Part shown: positions 1-9,592 of the stretch, in pieces
Position numbering within the stretch: the stretch's first letter is position 1
Layout of the letters: each line of letters opens with the position of its first letter
DNA from: a virus
IMG/VR virus record: IMGVR_UViG_3300036770_004821
Coordinates: 7,806 to 71,805 of that record
Reading direction: 5' to 3' (one strand)
DNA: 64,000 nucleotides
Position numbers and translations under genes: made by a program
Notes under the pieces: generated by a model
Told to the model about the DNA's origin: nothing
Database searches by the model: none
What the model saw: the letters and a program-made list of their open reading frames with translations, nothing else

Positions 1-508
1 CGGTAAAGGATACAGTTTCAGTTGTTATGCCTAAAATCTGATCTGCTTTATCATCAATAATTGCAACTTTTAAATTATTTGCCCAAGAACCTGGAGTTTT
101 TGCAGCAAAAATATAGTTTGCAACATCATCGGCATAATTTGCTTCATAATCATCAAAATTTTTAATTTTTAATTCTGGTTCTCCAGCAGTAGAAATACCT
201 GAAGAATTGCGAATAGCATTCGCATTTACTAGTTCCTCTCCATCAGTTCTTACTACTTTCAGTACTCCACCATAAGAAAGAAATGAAGAAGCACTCATCC
301 AATATTCATATTGTCCATCTTTTGAAGATGGTCTTCCGAATACATTAATTAAATCTTGTTCTGTGGTTATATCAATAGGTTCATCAACTGGACCAATTGC
401 AAAAGGACCCGCAATTGCTCCGATATTATCTAAAACATTATCAGCTCTTCCTACTGTTAGGTCAACCTCACGGATCAGTACACCGGGAGATAATTGAGGA
501 GTCGCCAT
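1..508 (-). CDS. gp18: Tail sheath protein gp18, 5' part (runs off window start)
   Basis: Hand translation from ATG at 508: MATPQLSPGVLIREVDLTVGRADNVLDNIGAIAGPFAIGPVDEPI..., the typical T4-like sheath N-terminus; AAGGAG RBS; follows gp17. Confidence 0.9.
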   Translation of the reverse strand, partial: MATPQLSPGVLIREVDLTVGRADNVLDNIGAIAGPFAIGPVDEPIDITTEQDLINVFGRPSSKDGQYEYWMSASSFLSYGGVLKVVRTDGEELVNANAIRNSSGISTAGEPELKIKNFDDYEANYADDVANYIFAAKTPGSWANNLKVAIIDDKADQILGITTETVSFT

Positions 509-541
509 TTTTTTCTCCTTAGTCTCAGTTTATCTAAGAAA

Positions 542-549
542 TATTTATT
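542..549 (-). promoter_or_regulatory. T4-type late promoter (AATAAATA) for gp18
   Basis: NATAAATA about 34 nt upstream of the gp18 start. Confidence 0.7.
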
Positions 550-570
550 AAAAACTTAAATTACAGAAGA

Positions 571-3216
571 CTAACTTATATATTCCCACATATATGAACG
601 ATCCCCATACTCATCAGTATACCATCTATCACCATCACTATCTATAAAAGTATTTTCTTCATTTATTCCATCTATAATAAACCCAAATGGAGACATATCT
701 TGCTCTACTTGATTCTTTTGTTCTTCATAAATTCTTTTTCTAATATCCTGATCAGTTAATTCTTTAAAATAATCTTGTAGTATTAACCAAGCATACATTA
801 CAAGACACATCACTAAATCATCATTTCTTCCCTCTTCTGCCTCAAAAGAATTTGCTTTTTGTATAAAGGTAGTAAGTTCATTAATAATTTCAAAGTCGTT
901 GAAAATCAATTTATTATCTTCTATTAAGGTTTTTAAATTTAAACAACCAACTTTTTTGGTTGTTTTGGACATTTTTACCCCAAGTTGAACTTTTTTACCA
1001 GAAAATCCTTGACCTAAAATTTGTCCTGCCCTTCCCCTCATTGAACTCATAAGAAGATTAGGATATTCTAAATCATAATGAAGTCCTGCAGCCACTTGAT
1101 CTCCAACATCATTAACTTCACATAAAATATATGCATTATTATATGATTTTGCCACATCTTTAATTATGTTTGGAAACAGTATTGGTCTTATTTGATTATT
1201 TCTATATTTTGCTACTACCTTGTGAGGAAACTGTGATACATCAATTACTACAAATGCAGAAAAGTCTTTTTCAACTCCACGAGCAACATCTACAGTAACA
1301 ACATATGTATGATCTTCTTGGGGATCTTCATAAACATCTAGTCCTGCACTTGAAGTTTTTGGATTATCAAATATTAATCTATTTAATATAGGACCGGAAA
1401 TTAATGTATCTGAGGAACCCAAAAATAGACATTCAAATTCTTGTCTCCACTGAGATTCTGAAGTATTTGCTATGGTAGTTCTTTTAAACTCTTCGTCTCT
1501 TCCTGGAACATCAGTCCAATGAACTTCAATTGGAACATACTCATTTCTATTTTTTTGAGCATCATCCCAAAGACGATAAAAATGATTCATTCCATAAGGA
1601 GTACTTACAACTATAACCTTAGAAGATTTACCTGAAGTAATTACAGGATATACAGAACTAAAAAAGTTATCAGCAACTGTATTTGGAACGAATGCAAATT
1701 CGTCCAAAAAAATAATATTATAAGTACCACCTCGAATAGAAGATGCTGAAGTAGAAGCTGCAGTTATCTTGGACTTATTTTCAAGTTCTAAGGATCCCTT
1801 GTTCCACGATAAGACCCCTTGTTGCAACCACTTGGGTAAATTCTCATATCCTGTCTGAAGACGGGTTAGAAGGTCTCTGGCAGTGTTTGCTTTGTTTGCA
1901 AGAATAGCAATATTTACATTATCATTAAATATCGCATAATGGAGAAGATATGAAACTACAGTTGTTGAATTGTGAGTTGGTATAAAAGTTCTACCACATA
2001 AGAATAAATGATCATCGCTATCTACAGAAATACAAGCAACAGGAACACTATTGACCTTTTCAATTTTTTGGATGTATATTCTTTTATCTTGTGGTCTTAA
2101 TGGTCTACTATTATTGATAAGATTATATTTTCTGGGAAGATTAAATACTCTTTCTACAGTTGTAAATGAAACTGTGTGATATAAACAATCTTTTATTTTT
2201 TTAACTCTTATTCTTGATTTAATTCCTAAAGATGAAAGTAATTCTACAAACTGTAATGTAAGTTCATAATTTTTTTGATAAAATTCAAAAGATCTTGTAT
2301 TTGGTTTTAATGATCCATCAGTATCCATTAACCCACGTAATAACTCAAGTCTAGAATTATATGAAGATCTTAAGTAAATCTGAGGAATGTGTTTATTTTT
2401 TAATAAATTATTTTGTTTTAATTTTTGATACAATCCATCACACTTAAATCTAATGCAATTATTATCTTCTCGTAAATATTCAATTTTTATTTTATCTTTA
2501 TAAAATTTAAAATCATCTTTATGTGAAACAATTCTAGAATCTGCGGAATAACCATCACCTAACCATACTCCAAGAAGGTAAGGATCAATTGGTAATTCTT
2601 TTTCTGTTACAAAGTTATCTAAAGGTTTTGATATTTCTATGTAATATGAACCACAAACACCAAAACCTTTTTTATTATTTTTTTTCTTCTCGTATATTTT
2701 TGCAATTTCTTCAGAATTGATAATTTTTTTACCAGAAGACCAATAAGAACTATTCACTTCCCATAAATGATCAGCATCTGCAACTATTTCTTCACCATTA
2801 TCAAAATAAAATTTATAACAATTGTGATTAAACATAGTTTCTGTTTTTTTAATAACAGAAACTGATTTTCCTGAAGGTGATAATATTTTATCACCTTCAG
2901 AAATATCTCCCATTGTGGTCCAACCATTAGGTGTTGGAATAGGAGTATCTAAACTTAATGCTTTACCACTTTGTCTAGGTAATTTACATATACTAAATCT
3001 ATTCTCATGAAAAGTTTTTACCATATTTTCCTGAAAAGGATACATGTCAAAAGTTGTTAATCCATGATCAAGGGTTGTAATTTTTATATATTTTTTTGCA
3101 AAATAAACAGGATCTTGAGCGCATTTAATCCACTCAAGAACCTGTTCTTCCGTAAATTCAATTTTGGTATTTGCTTTCTTGAGCAAAGGATTGCCCAAAT
3201 AATGTTCTTCAGACAT
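571..3216 (-). CDS. gp17: Terminase large subunit gp17, intein-containing
   Basis: YLGNPLLKKAN N-terminus, Walker A RQSGK/ST split by an insertion, Walker B IIFLDEFAF, VSTP, nuclease motifs VDVARG..DFS and NDDLVM. Confidence 0.97.
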   Translation of the reverse strand: MSEEHYLGNPLLKKANTKIEFTEEQVLEWIKCAQDPVYFAKKYIKITTLDHGLTTFDMYPFQENMVKTFHENRFSICKLPRQSGKALSLDTPIPTPNGWTTMGDISEGDKILSPSGKSVSVIKKTETMFNHNCYKFYFDNGEEIVADADHLWEVNSSYWSSGKKIINSEEIAKIYEKKKNNKKGFGVCGSYYIEISKPLDNFVTEKELPIDPYLLGVWLGDGYSADSRIVSHKDDFKFYKDKIKIEYLREDNNCIRFKCDGLYQKLKQNNLLKNKHIPQIYLRSSYNSRLELLRGLMDTDGSLKPNTRSFEFYQKNYELTLQFVELLSSLGIKSRIRVKKIKDCLYHTVSFTTVERVFNLPRKYNLINNSRPLRPQDKRIYIQKIEKVNSVPVACISVDSDDHLFLCGRTFIPTHNSTTVVSYLLHYAIFNDNVNIAILANKANTARDLLTRLQTGYENLPKWLQQGVLSWNKGSLELENKSKITAASTSASSIRGGTYNIIFLDEFAFVPNTVADNFFSSVYPVITSGKSSKVIVVSTPYGMNHFYRLWDDAQKNRNEYVPIEVHWTDVPGRDEEFKRTTIANTSESQWRQEFECLFLGSSDTLISGPILNRLIFDNPKTSSAGLDVYEDPQEDHTYVVTVDVARGVEKDFSAFVVIDVSQFPHKVVAKYRNNQIRPILFPNIIKDVAKSYNNAYILCEVNDVGDQVAAGLHYDLEYPNLLMSSMRGRAGQILGQGFSGKKVQLGVKMSKTTKKVGCLNLKTLIEDNKLIFNDFEIINELTTFIQKANSFEAEEGRNDDLVMCLVMYAWLILQDYFKELTDQDIRKRIYEEQKNQVEQDMSPFGFIIDGINEENTFIDSDGDRWYTDEYGDRSYMWEYIS
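1969..2961 (-). mobile_element. Intein (331 aa, residues 86-416) with LAGLIDADG endonuclease and class-3 signature
   Basis: Starts ALSLDTPIPTPNGW right after RQSGK; DADHLW (block B), LLGVWLGDG and LRGLMDTDG (LAGLIDADG), VACISV (block F), ends IPTHN followed by Ser+1. Confidence 0.93.
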
Positions 3217-3727
3217 AATTTTTTATATTCATATTTTCTGCAACATACTTACACATCATTATAAAATGTTCTTGAGAGTAACTTTGTTTCATCATGTTTA
3301 TATCTTTCAATACTAATTGAATATTATTTTTAATGTAACCCTTTTTACTATCAATTCTATCTATGGATGCTAAGGATTTTTGAGGATGTCCTGATTTTGG
3401 AAATTCAATGTCTAAATTGGTAAGTCTACATTTATAATTTTGTTTTTCCATTACATCGGCAATATCATCCATAGTAATATCCCAGAGTATACCTCTCGTT
3501 TCAGCACAAGTTTTAAACATATTAAACCAAGAAATTCTTATTCCTCTATACCATCCTCTATTGCAATTAGAATCTTTTTTATTTGAGCATTTTTTGCAAG
3601 TTTTATTCAACCTCAAACTTTCATATGCATAATTTCTTCTCAAATAACTTTGTATTTCTCCACATTCCGGACAAGGTTTGTAGTATCTACCATCTTCTCT
3701 TTTTTCTATATGTATTAATTTATTCAT
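3209..3727 (-). CDS. Putative free-standing HNH-type endonuclease
   Basis: CPEC/CKKC zinc motifs and SIDRIDSKKGYIKNNIQLV..IN..K His-Me-finger-like motif; likely start MNKLIH at 3727 below a late promoter. Confidence 0.7.
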   Translation of the reverse strand: MNKLIHIEKREDGRYYKPCPECGEIQSYLRRNYAYESLRLNKTCKKCSNKKDSNCNRGWYRGIRISWFNMFKTCAETRGILWDITMDDIADVMEKQNYKCRLTNLDIEFPKSGHPQKSLASIDRIDSKKGYIKNNIQLVLKDINMMKQSYSQEHFIMMCKYVAENMNIKNYV

Positions 3728-3750
3728 ACTAATATTTTTAATACTATAAT

Positions 3751-3758
3751 TATTTATT
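3751..3758 (-). promoter_or_regulatory. Late promoter AATAAATA
   Basis: NATAAATA about 24 nt upstream of ATG at 3727. Confidence 0.6.
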
Positions 3759-3779
3759 ATAATTACCACTTCACTTTTA

Positions 3780-4034
3780 TTACCACTTTATTTTGTCAGA
3801 CCACCAGGCAGCTGACATTTTTCCTTTTGCTATATTTTTTGCATGTCTTGCTTTAAATCTTTCACGACGGTTTGCATATTCTTCAGATTCACCCTTTTTC
3901 TTTGGCGATCCTTTTACTCCTCTTTGTCCAAAGCGAATGATTTTTTCTTTTCCATCTTCACATGCTTTAACTACATGAGATTTTCCAGTTTGAGAATCAC
4001 CAACTGCTTGTGCTTTGGGTTTATTGCAAGGCAT
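3780..4034 (-). CDS. Conserved basic cyanophage domain; possibly the -1 frameshift extension of the upstream ORF
   Basis: KIIRFGQRG...RERFKARH...SAAWWS..KW pattern; -1 frame is open across the upstream stop. Confidence 0.7.
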   Translation of the reverse strand: MPCNKPKAQAVGDSQTGKSHVVKACEDGKEKIIRFGQRGVKGSPKKKGESEEYANRRERFKARHAKNIAKGKMSAAWWSDKIKW

Positions 4035-4045
4035 CTCTGCCTTAT

Positions 4046-5668
4046 TTACTTTTTTTCTTCAAATATTTCAACCTCTTCACCCATAGGTTTTACATAGTTT
4101 TTGTTGGGACCCATTTTTGCACCACTACCACCTCTATATGCATAGATTAGAGGTTCTCCTTCTTTGAAATCCGCAATTCTATGAATTACTACTCTAGATC
4201 CTGGGTAAATTTTTTGTATTTCATCAGAGATTTCAATTCTTGAAGGAACTTTTGCTTGTGGGAAAAATATTTGAATAGTGTAATACTTGCCTCTCCAAGA
4301 TAAAGTTACAAAAACATTATTTCCTGTTTTTGCAGGCATTCTTGCTGCTTCTTCTACACAATTTGGAACTTCTTTTCCGTCTTTTATTTTTGTTTTTGGA
4401 TTTCCTAATTTTTTACCTTTCCAGCATTTGCTCGCCCCAACATTTGCTCTTGCCTGTTCAATTCCTTCCTCTATATCTAATGTCTTTGGATATCCTTTTT
4501 GTCCTGGTTTTTTCTTGGGAAGACCTTTTTCCCTACGTTTATGAATATTTGCCCAGAGTCCAGGATTCTCTTCTTCTATAGATCCAGATTTAATAATATC
4601 AATAAACTCAGCATAATAATTACCATTTACATCTCTTACTATAGAACTTTCTTTTTGAGTTTCCATTTTTTTGAGTTTACTGTAATAATTGGGAAGTTCG
4701 TCCAAATGCTGAAGGGCAGTTATTCTTGCCTTACTTTTATCTGAAGTATGTTCAAATTCAACTTTTGTTCCGATTTCAATTTGCTTATGGATTTGATCTA
4801 AAGAAACCCCATGCTTTTTAGCAAGTTCTTCTGGTGACTTATATGATTTTGTTGGACCCTTTGGATCCTTTTCTTCTGACATTGGACATTTATGTTTTCC
4901 ATGAACAGGGCAAGGTTCACCTTTTCCGGTATGAGCACATGATTCTCCAACTGGTTTACCTATTCCAACTTCAGTTGGTTTAATTTTTTGCCCAGGGACC
5001 TTCATTCCTTCAGGAAGAGGTTTGCATACTTTATCTGTATTACACCAATACATTCCTTTTCCACACTTTTCTTCTCCAAGAATTTTTTCAACCAAAGAAA
5101 TTTCTTCTTTAAATGGAAGAGAAGGACCTTTTAATTTTGACTTAGCAACATTTGCTTCATTTGGATTTGGACTTTTAGTTAGACCTCTTATTTTTGCTTG
5201 TTTTTGAGTTGTTCTATGAGATTTGGGGTCAATAGTATGACTTATTTGTTCTTCAACCTTTTCATCACTTTGAAGATACTCTGCTGCAGTATCAATATAA
5301 TCTGCTGCTTTTGTGATTTTTGATTGAACCCAAGCGGGGAGTTGTTGCTTACCAGACTTTATAGATTTTCTAAGATTTTGAACTGCTTTCTCAATTGAAT
5401 CCAATTCATTTCTTGCCATATAACCTTCATCATCTGATTTTTGCCCAGATGAAATTTCTTTATGGTCTTCGTGAATTTTTTTCATTTTCCCCTTAATCCA
5501 ATCGTCTGGTATCTTTTTATATTTATTTTTAAAAGAATTGTGAAGTTCTTTAGCAGTGACATTATGAGATTTCATAATTTTTCTCATTAAATTATCAATA
5601 GAATCATAAGAAATATTATCTAATTCTAATAATTTTTTCTTTAGTTCTAATACTGCTCGATCTAACAT
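4046..5668 (-). CDS. Modular hypothetical protein between gp16 and gp17, probably virion-internal
   Basis: 540-aa ORF of short modules (LPAWVQSKITKAADY; KVEFEHT...ALQHLDELPNYYSKL; GLWANIH; CWKG..VPNCV) joined by Glu-rich junctions. Confidence 0.75.
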   Translation of the reverse strand: MLDRAVLELKKKLLELDNISYDSIDNLMRKIMKSHNVTAKELHNSFKNKYKKIPDDWIKGKMKKIHEDHKEISSGQKSDDEGYMARNELDSIEKAVQNLRKSIKSGKQQLPAWVQSKITKAADYIDTAAEYLQSDEKVEEQISHTIDPKSHRTTQKQAKIRGLTKSPNPNEANVAKSKLKGPSLPFKEEISLVEKILGEEKCGKGMYWCNTDKVCKPLPEGMKVPGQKIKPTEVGIGKPVGESCAHTGKGEPCPVHGKHKCPMSEEKDPKGPTKSYKSPEELAKKHGVSLDQIHKQIEIGTKVEFEHTSDKSKARITALQHLDELPNYYSKLKKMETQKESSIVRDVNGNYYAEFIDIIKSGSIEEENPGLWANIHKRREKGLPKKKPGQKGYPKTLDIEEGIEQARANVGASKCWKGKKLGNPKTKIKDGKEVPNCVEEAARMPAKTGNNVFVTLSWRGKYYTIQIFFPQAKVPSRIEISDEIQKIYPGSRVVIHRIADFKEGEPLIYAYRGGSGAKMGPNKNYVKPMGEEVEIFEEKK

Positions 5669-5670
5669 AT

Positions 5671-6111
5671 TTACTTTTCTTCTGGATTTAATTTATTTTT
5701 TAATAATTTTGATAATTCAGCAGTAGAACCAACAAACAAAGCATTTGTCACATTAGTAGGACCACTAGATTGCTTAACTTCTTCTATATCTTTTAATTTT
5801 TTTTGTAGTTCCATCAATTTATCTGTTGCATCAGAAACATTCTTAATTAATTGTCCAACCACTTCATATGCTCTCGGAGACTCGGTTTCTTGTGCAAGTT
5901 CTAGAATACTATTGATTGCTTCTTGCCCCTTTTCAATTATAGAATAAAAATTTCCTCTAGAGTATTCATAATCTTTCTTTATATCACTGAGTAAAGATTT
6001 AGAATCTCTTTCAGAATCAACTTTTTCTAAATTAGAAAAATCCAAATCTTTTGACACAATTTCACTTGAAACATTGAACACTTCATTTAACTTATCAAAT
6101 TTCTTAGTCAT
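5671..6111 (-). CDS. gp16: Terminase small subunit gp16
   Basis: DYEYSRGN..., SPRAYEV, C-terminal NALFVGSTAELSKLLK; synteny. Confidence 0.92.
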   Translation of the reverse strand: MTKKFDKLNEVFNVSSEIVSKDLDFSNLEKVDSERDSKSLLSDIKKDYEYSRGNFYSIIEKGQEAINSILELAQETESPRAYEVVGQLIKNVSDATDKLMELQKKLKDIEEVKQSSGPTNVTNALFVGSTAELSKLLKNKLNPEEK

Positions 6112-6115
6112 AAAT

Positions 6116-7120
6116 TTAACTAAAATCTAAACCACTAAACCCAAAATCATCTCCAATTTGTATTAGATCATTATCCTGTTCTGTGATTACTTTAACCTCA
6201 GTTCCAGAAACGTGACTTGTTATTGGAGTTCCATAAGAACCTCTAATAACATTAAGAATATTTCCATTTTTACTGGAAACATATAAAGTCTCATTATTTA
6301 TAGTGAAATAAGATTTTTCTGGTATATTAGAAGCATTTTGTACTTCTATAATTGTTGAATCAATATCAACATCATCACTCAATATAGTAGTAGATTGATC
6401 ACTATAACTTTTTGTTGCTACTGGTTCAATAGAATAAGTAAGATCTCTTGATGTAGATTTAGTGTCTCCAGAAACAAATCCAAGAGAAACTTTTTTGATA
6501 ATATCTTTAGATACTCCACTGAGTACTGGTCCAAATAAGTAAACTTTAGCAGTAAATTTTAGAGTATATATTAAAGCTCTTCTTGTAGTAAAATCCCCTT
6601 CATAATCATCTTGCATTAAAATACTATTTAATATAATAGGAATATCTCTTTTTTCTCCTATTGTTTCAATTAAATTTATTGATAATGTATATGAAGGTTG
6701 AAAGTACGGTAAAATTTGTTCAACAATTTGAAGCATATCATCATTGAACTTAGTAAATATATTTAACTCAAAATCCATATTATATGGAACTGGCATATAA
6801 GTTTTCTTTATATCAGTTGAATCTGTTACTGATTTAGATAAAAAACTTTGTGTAGTTGTTAATTTTCTTGACTGATCGTAAGATAATCCGTTAAATTCAA
6901 ATGACATTCTTGGCAACGTTATTTGAACAGGACTATTTAAATTTGGCTGTTGTTCTATTCTTGCTAAAAACTTTTGGGTGGGACCATACGCAAGAGGAAC
7001 TTTCATTATAGAAGTTGTTTGACCTTGATCGTTAGATTGTTTAATGGTTATATCATTGAATAATGAACCAAATCCTATGATTGTTTTTCTAAATATTTCG
7101 TGATAAAAGTACTCAAACAT
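6116..7120 (-). CDS. gp15: Tail sheath stabiliser/terminator gp15
   Basis: YFYHEIFRKTIIGFGSLFN, VPLAYGP.QKFLAR, LPRMSFE, QIVEQILPYFQP. Confidence 0.93.
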   Translation of the reverse strand: MFEYFYHEIFRKTIIGFGSLFNDITIKQSNDQGQTTSIMKVPLAYGPTQKFLARIEQQPNLNSPVQITLPRMSFEFNGLSYDQSRKLTTTQSFLSKSVTDSTDIKKTYMPVPYNMDFELNIFTKFNDDMLQIVEQILPYFQPSYTLSINLIETIGEKRDIPIILNSILMQDDYEGDFTTRRALIYTLKFTAKVYLFGPVLSGVSKDIIKKVSLGFVSGDTKSTSRDLTYSIEPVATKSYSDQSTTILSDDVDIDSTIIEVQNASNIPEKSYFTINNETLYVSSKNGNILNVIRGSYGTPITSHVSGTEVKVITEQDNDLIQIGDDFGFSGLDFS

Positions 7121-7150
7121 TTTTCTTACCTATTTGATATATTTAACAAA

Positions 7151-8581
7151 TTACGGAATTCCAAAAGGATTTTTTTCATCAAAATCTAAAATTTTATTAC
7201 CTTCGTCTTGAATAATATTATTTTGCCCATAATTATCATTTAAATTATTTAAATTAAAAAATCTTATACCATAACTAGCATTTGATGTTTCTCCGGTTAT
7301 AATTTCCCCAGGAACAAAGACACCTGTTGCATTTGAAACTTCTAATATTTTTGTTACTGAATTCCACGATTTAACTCTTGCACTAATACTACTAATACTT
7401 CCAGTAACAACCTCATTGTATATGTAAGTTCCTAATCCAACTATAATATTAGGGGCACCAATAATAATTTGAGGTGCTGAAGTATATCCTAGTCCTGAAT
7501 TTATTATCCTTATTTGCGTTACAGATCCAGATCCATTAATTACTGAAACTGCTTGTGCCGGAACTGAAGAGATTCCAACAAAACTAACTGGAGGTGGGAC
7601 CAAATATCCAGAACCAGAATTAGTAACTGTAATAATTCCAACTATACCATCTCCTATAGTTGCTACTGCTTGTGCTCCAGATCCACTTCCTCCAGTGAAT
7701 GAAATTTTTGGAGCAATAGTATAACCAAATCCAGGATTTGTTAATTGAACTCCTTGTACTCTAAGTAAAGTTTCATTTGGTTCGCATAAATCTACAATAC
7801 CACCTAGCATTGTTGCTATTCCGGTAGCAGTTACTCCTCCAAAAGGTGCAGATGAAAAAGATACACTTGGAGCATTTTTATATCCTGATCCTCTATTTGT
7901 AATTGTTACAAATCTAACACCACCATTTACAATATTAGTTGATGCAGATGCAGTTGATCCAAATCCTACCATCTGTAGGGTTTGTGTTACTGAGAATTGT
8001 GGTCTATCAATTATATCATCTCCAGTTCCATCGCCATCATATCCACCTCCATCAGGATTATCAATGAAATCAATACCAGTATCAATAATTTCATTCTGAT
8101 ATCTAAACAGTTCACATCTTAATTCATAAACATAATTCTTTCTTAATTGATAGAATGGTTTTTCATGCTCAACATATTTAATTTCAAATAATCTATTTCC
8201 AAATGGAAAATAAATTAAATCACCTTCTTTAGGTCTTTTTGATAGTTTTATGTCTGGAATATTTTGAATCAATACTGATATGTAAGTATCATATCTTTCT
8301 TTAGAAATTATTAAATTTAGATCATCTAACTCCTGAATACCAAATTTTGAAAGAACGGTTCCTTGCCCACCATATCCTTCATATGAATCTACATATGCTT
8401 CTATTGGATATGCAAAATTAAAATGAGATTCTATTACTTCTTTTATAACTGTCTTTTCAGTTACATATCTTCTTGGAAGATAATAAACATCAACTCCATA
8501 CATTCTTAAATGTTCGTTAATTAGATCTTGTAGAAGACCTTGTTCAGTTGGAGAACCTTGAAGAAAAAATGGATTTAACAT
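7151..8581 (-). CDS. gp14: Neck/head closure protein gp14 with inserted beta-repeat domain
   Basis: LNPFFLQG..EQ.L.QDLINE, RPKEGDLIYFP, FEIKYVEHEKPFYQL, C-terminal FDEKNPFG; internal ITNxGSGY repeats. Confidence 0.92.
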   Translation of the reverse strand: MLNPFFLQGSPTEQGLLQDLINEHLRMYGVDVYYLPRRYVTEKTVIKEVIESHFNFAYPIEAYVDSYEGYGGQGTVLSKFGIQELDDLNLIISKERYDTYISVLIQNIPDIKLSKRPKEGDLIYFPFGNRLFEIKYVEHEKPFYQLRKNYVYELRCELFRYQNEIIDTGIDFIDNPDGGGYDGDGTGDDIIDRPQFSVTQTLQMVGFGSTASASTNIVNGGVRFVTITNRGSGYKNAPSVSFSSAPFGGVTATGIATMLGGIVDLCEPNETLLRVQGVQLTNPGFGYTIAPKISFTGGSGSGAQAVATIGDGIVGIITVTNSGSGYLVPPPVSFVGISSVPAQAVSVINGSGSVTQIRIINSGLGYTSAPQIIIGAPNIIVGLGTYIYNEVVTGSISSISARVKSWNSVTKILEVSNATGVFVPGEIITGETSNASYGIRFFNLNNLNDNYGQNNIIQDEGNKILDFDEKNPFGIP

Positions 8582-8585
8582 ATTT

Positions 8586-9428
8586 TTATCCGATCATATC
8601 AAGAGGTGGAAGTTCATATGTTAAGAACATTTTCTCAATTATAATGTCTATTTCTCTTTGACCATCATCATAAAGTTGTCTACCATTTAATTCCACTCCT
8701 CCAGGAAGTTTTACTCCTTGAAACTTAATTAAATTTTGCCCCCATTGTTTTTTAATTAAAGCAGTTAAATATTCCTTTAAAAATGAATCATTCCAAACTT
8801 TTGAAAAATCATTTGGATCCATCATTCTATAACAATCGATAATTAAAATTTCTCCTGCTCTTAATGATCCCCAATCAATATCTAAATATAACCTATCTTG
8901 TCTTTTATTAAATCTAATTTGTTTTTGAGTTGTTAACAACCAATTTAAATCTTCAAGATAAGTTTTTACCATTGAATAAGTTAAAAGATCAATAGACCCC
9001 CAATAGTAAATATCATTTAAAAATAACTGATATTTTATACTAAACATACCACTTGAAAGTGTATTAGATCCTTCAAATTGAAATATTTTGTTAACACCAA
9101 TTACGTGAGAAGGTATTGGTAAATAATTTCCAGTTTCATAATAATTAAAATCAGTTGGAGTTCCTGTTATATTTACAGAAACTGTAGAGGTAGTAACTCC
9201 AACTGAATTATAAGTTTTAGATCTTCCTCTATCAATATCTTCTTGAGTTACTTCATATTTAAGAAAAGTTTGATATACTCCATCAAAATGCCTTTCTTGA
9301 AATAATTGAATAGCATCATCTACAAGATCTTCTATTTGCTCTTGAGCAATATTTATCTCAAGAACAGGAGCACCTAATTTTCTTAGGCAATAATCTATTA
9401 ATTCTTGTCGAGTTGATGGTTGTGCCAT
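8586..9428 (-). CDS. gp13: Neck/head-tail adaptor gp13
   Basis: RQELIDYCLRKLGAPVLEIN, QWGQNLIKFQGVKLPGGVELNG. Confidence 0.95.
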   Translation of the reverse strand: MAQPSTRQELIDYCLRKLGAPVLEINIAQEQIEDLVDDAIQLFQERHFDGVYQTFLKYEVTQEDIDRGRSKTYNSVGVTTSTVSVNITGTPTDFNYYETGNYLPIPSHVIGVNKIFQFEGSNTLSSGMFSIKYQLFLNDIYYWGSIDLLTYSMVKTYLEDLNWLLTTQKQIRFNKRQDRLYLDIDWGSLRAGEILIIDCYRMMDPNDFSKVWNDSFLKEYLTALIKKQWGQNLIKFQGVKLPGGVELNGRQLYDDGQREIDIIIEKMFLTYELPPLDMIG

Positions 9429-9592
9429 TAGAGTTTAGATACAACTTCTTGCTGTTTTAAATATAGTCTTGCAAAAGATTTTGCAAAATTTCTAACCATA
9501 TCTATATTATCTATATTATCTATATCTCTTGAGATTTTTTCATACTCAAACATTTTATTGACATCTTCAAGAATAATATCATTTGGATTCAT
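9428..9592 (-). CDS. Small helical protein (54 aa), missed by the ORF track
   Basis: Hand translation MNPNDIILEDVNKMFEYEKISRDIDNIDNIDMVRNFAKSFARLYLKQQEVVSKL; fills the gap exactly, stop overlaps the gp13 ATG. Confidence 0.75.
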   Translation of the reverse strand: MNPNDIILEDVNKMFEYEKISRDIDNIDNIDMVRNFAKSFARLYLKQQEVVSKL

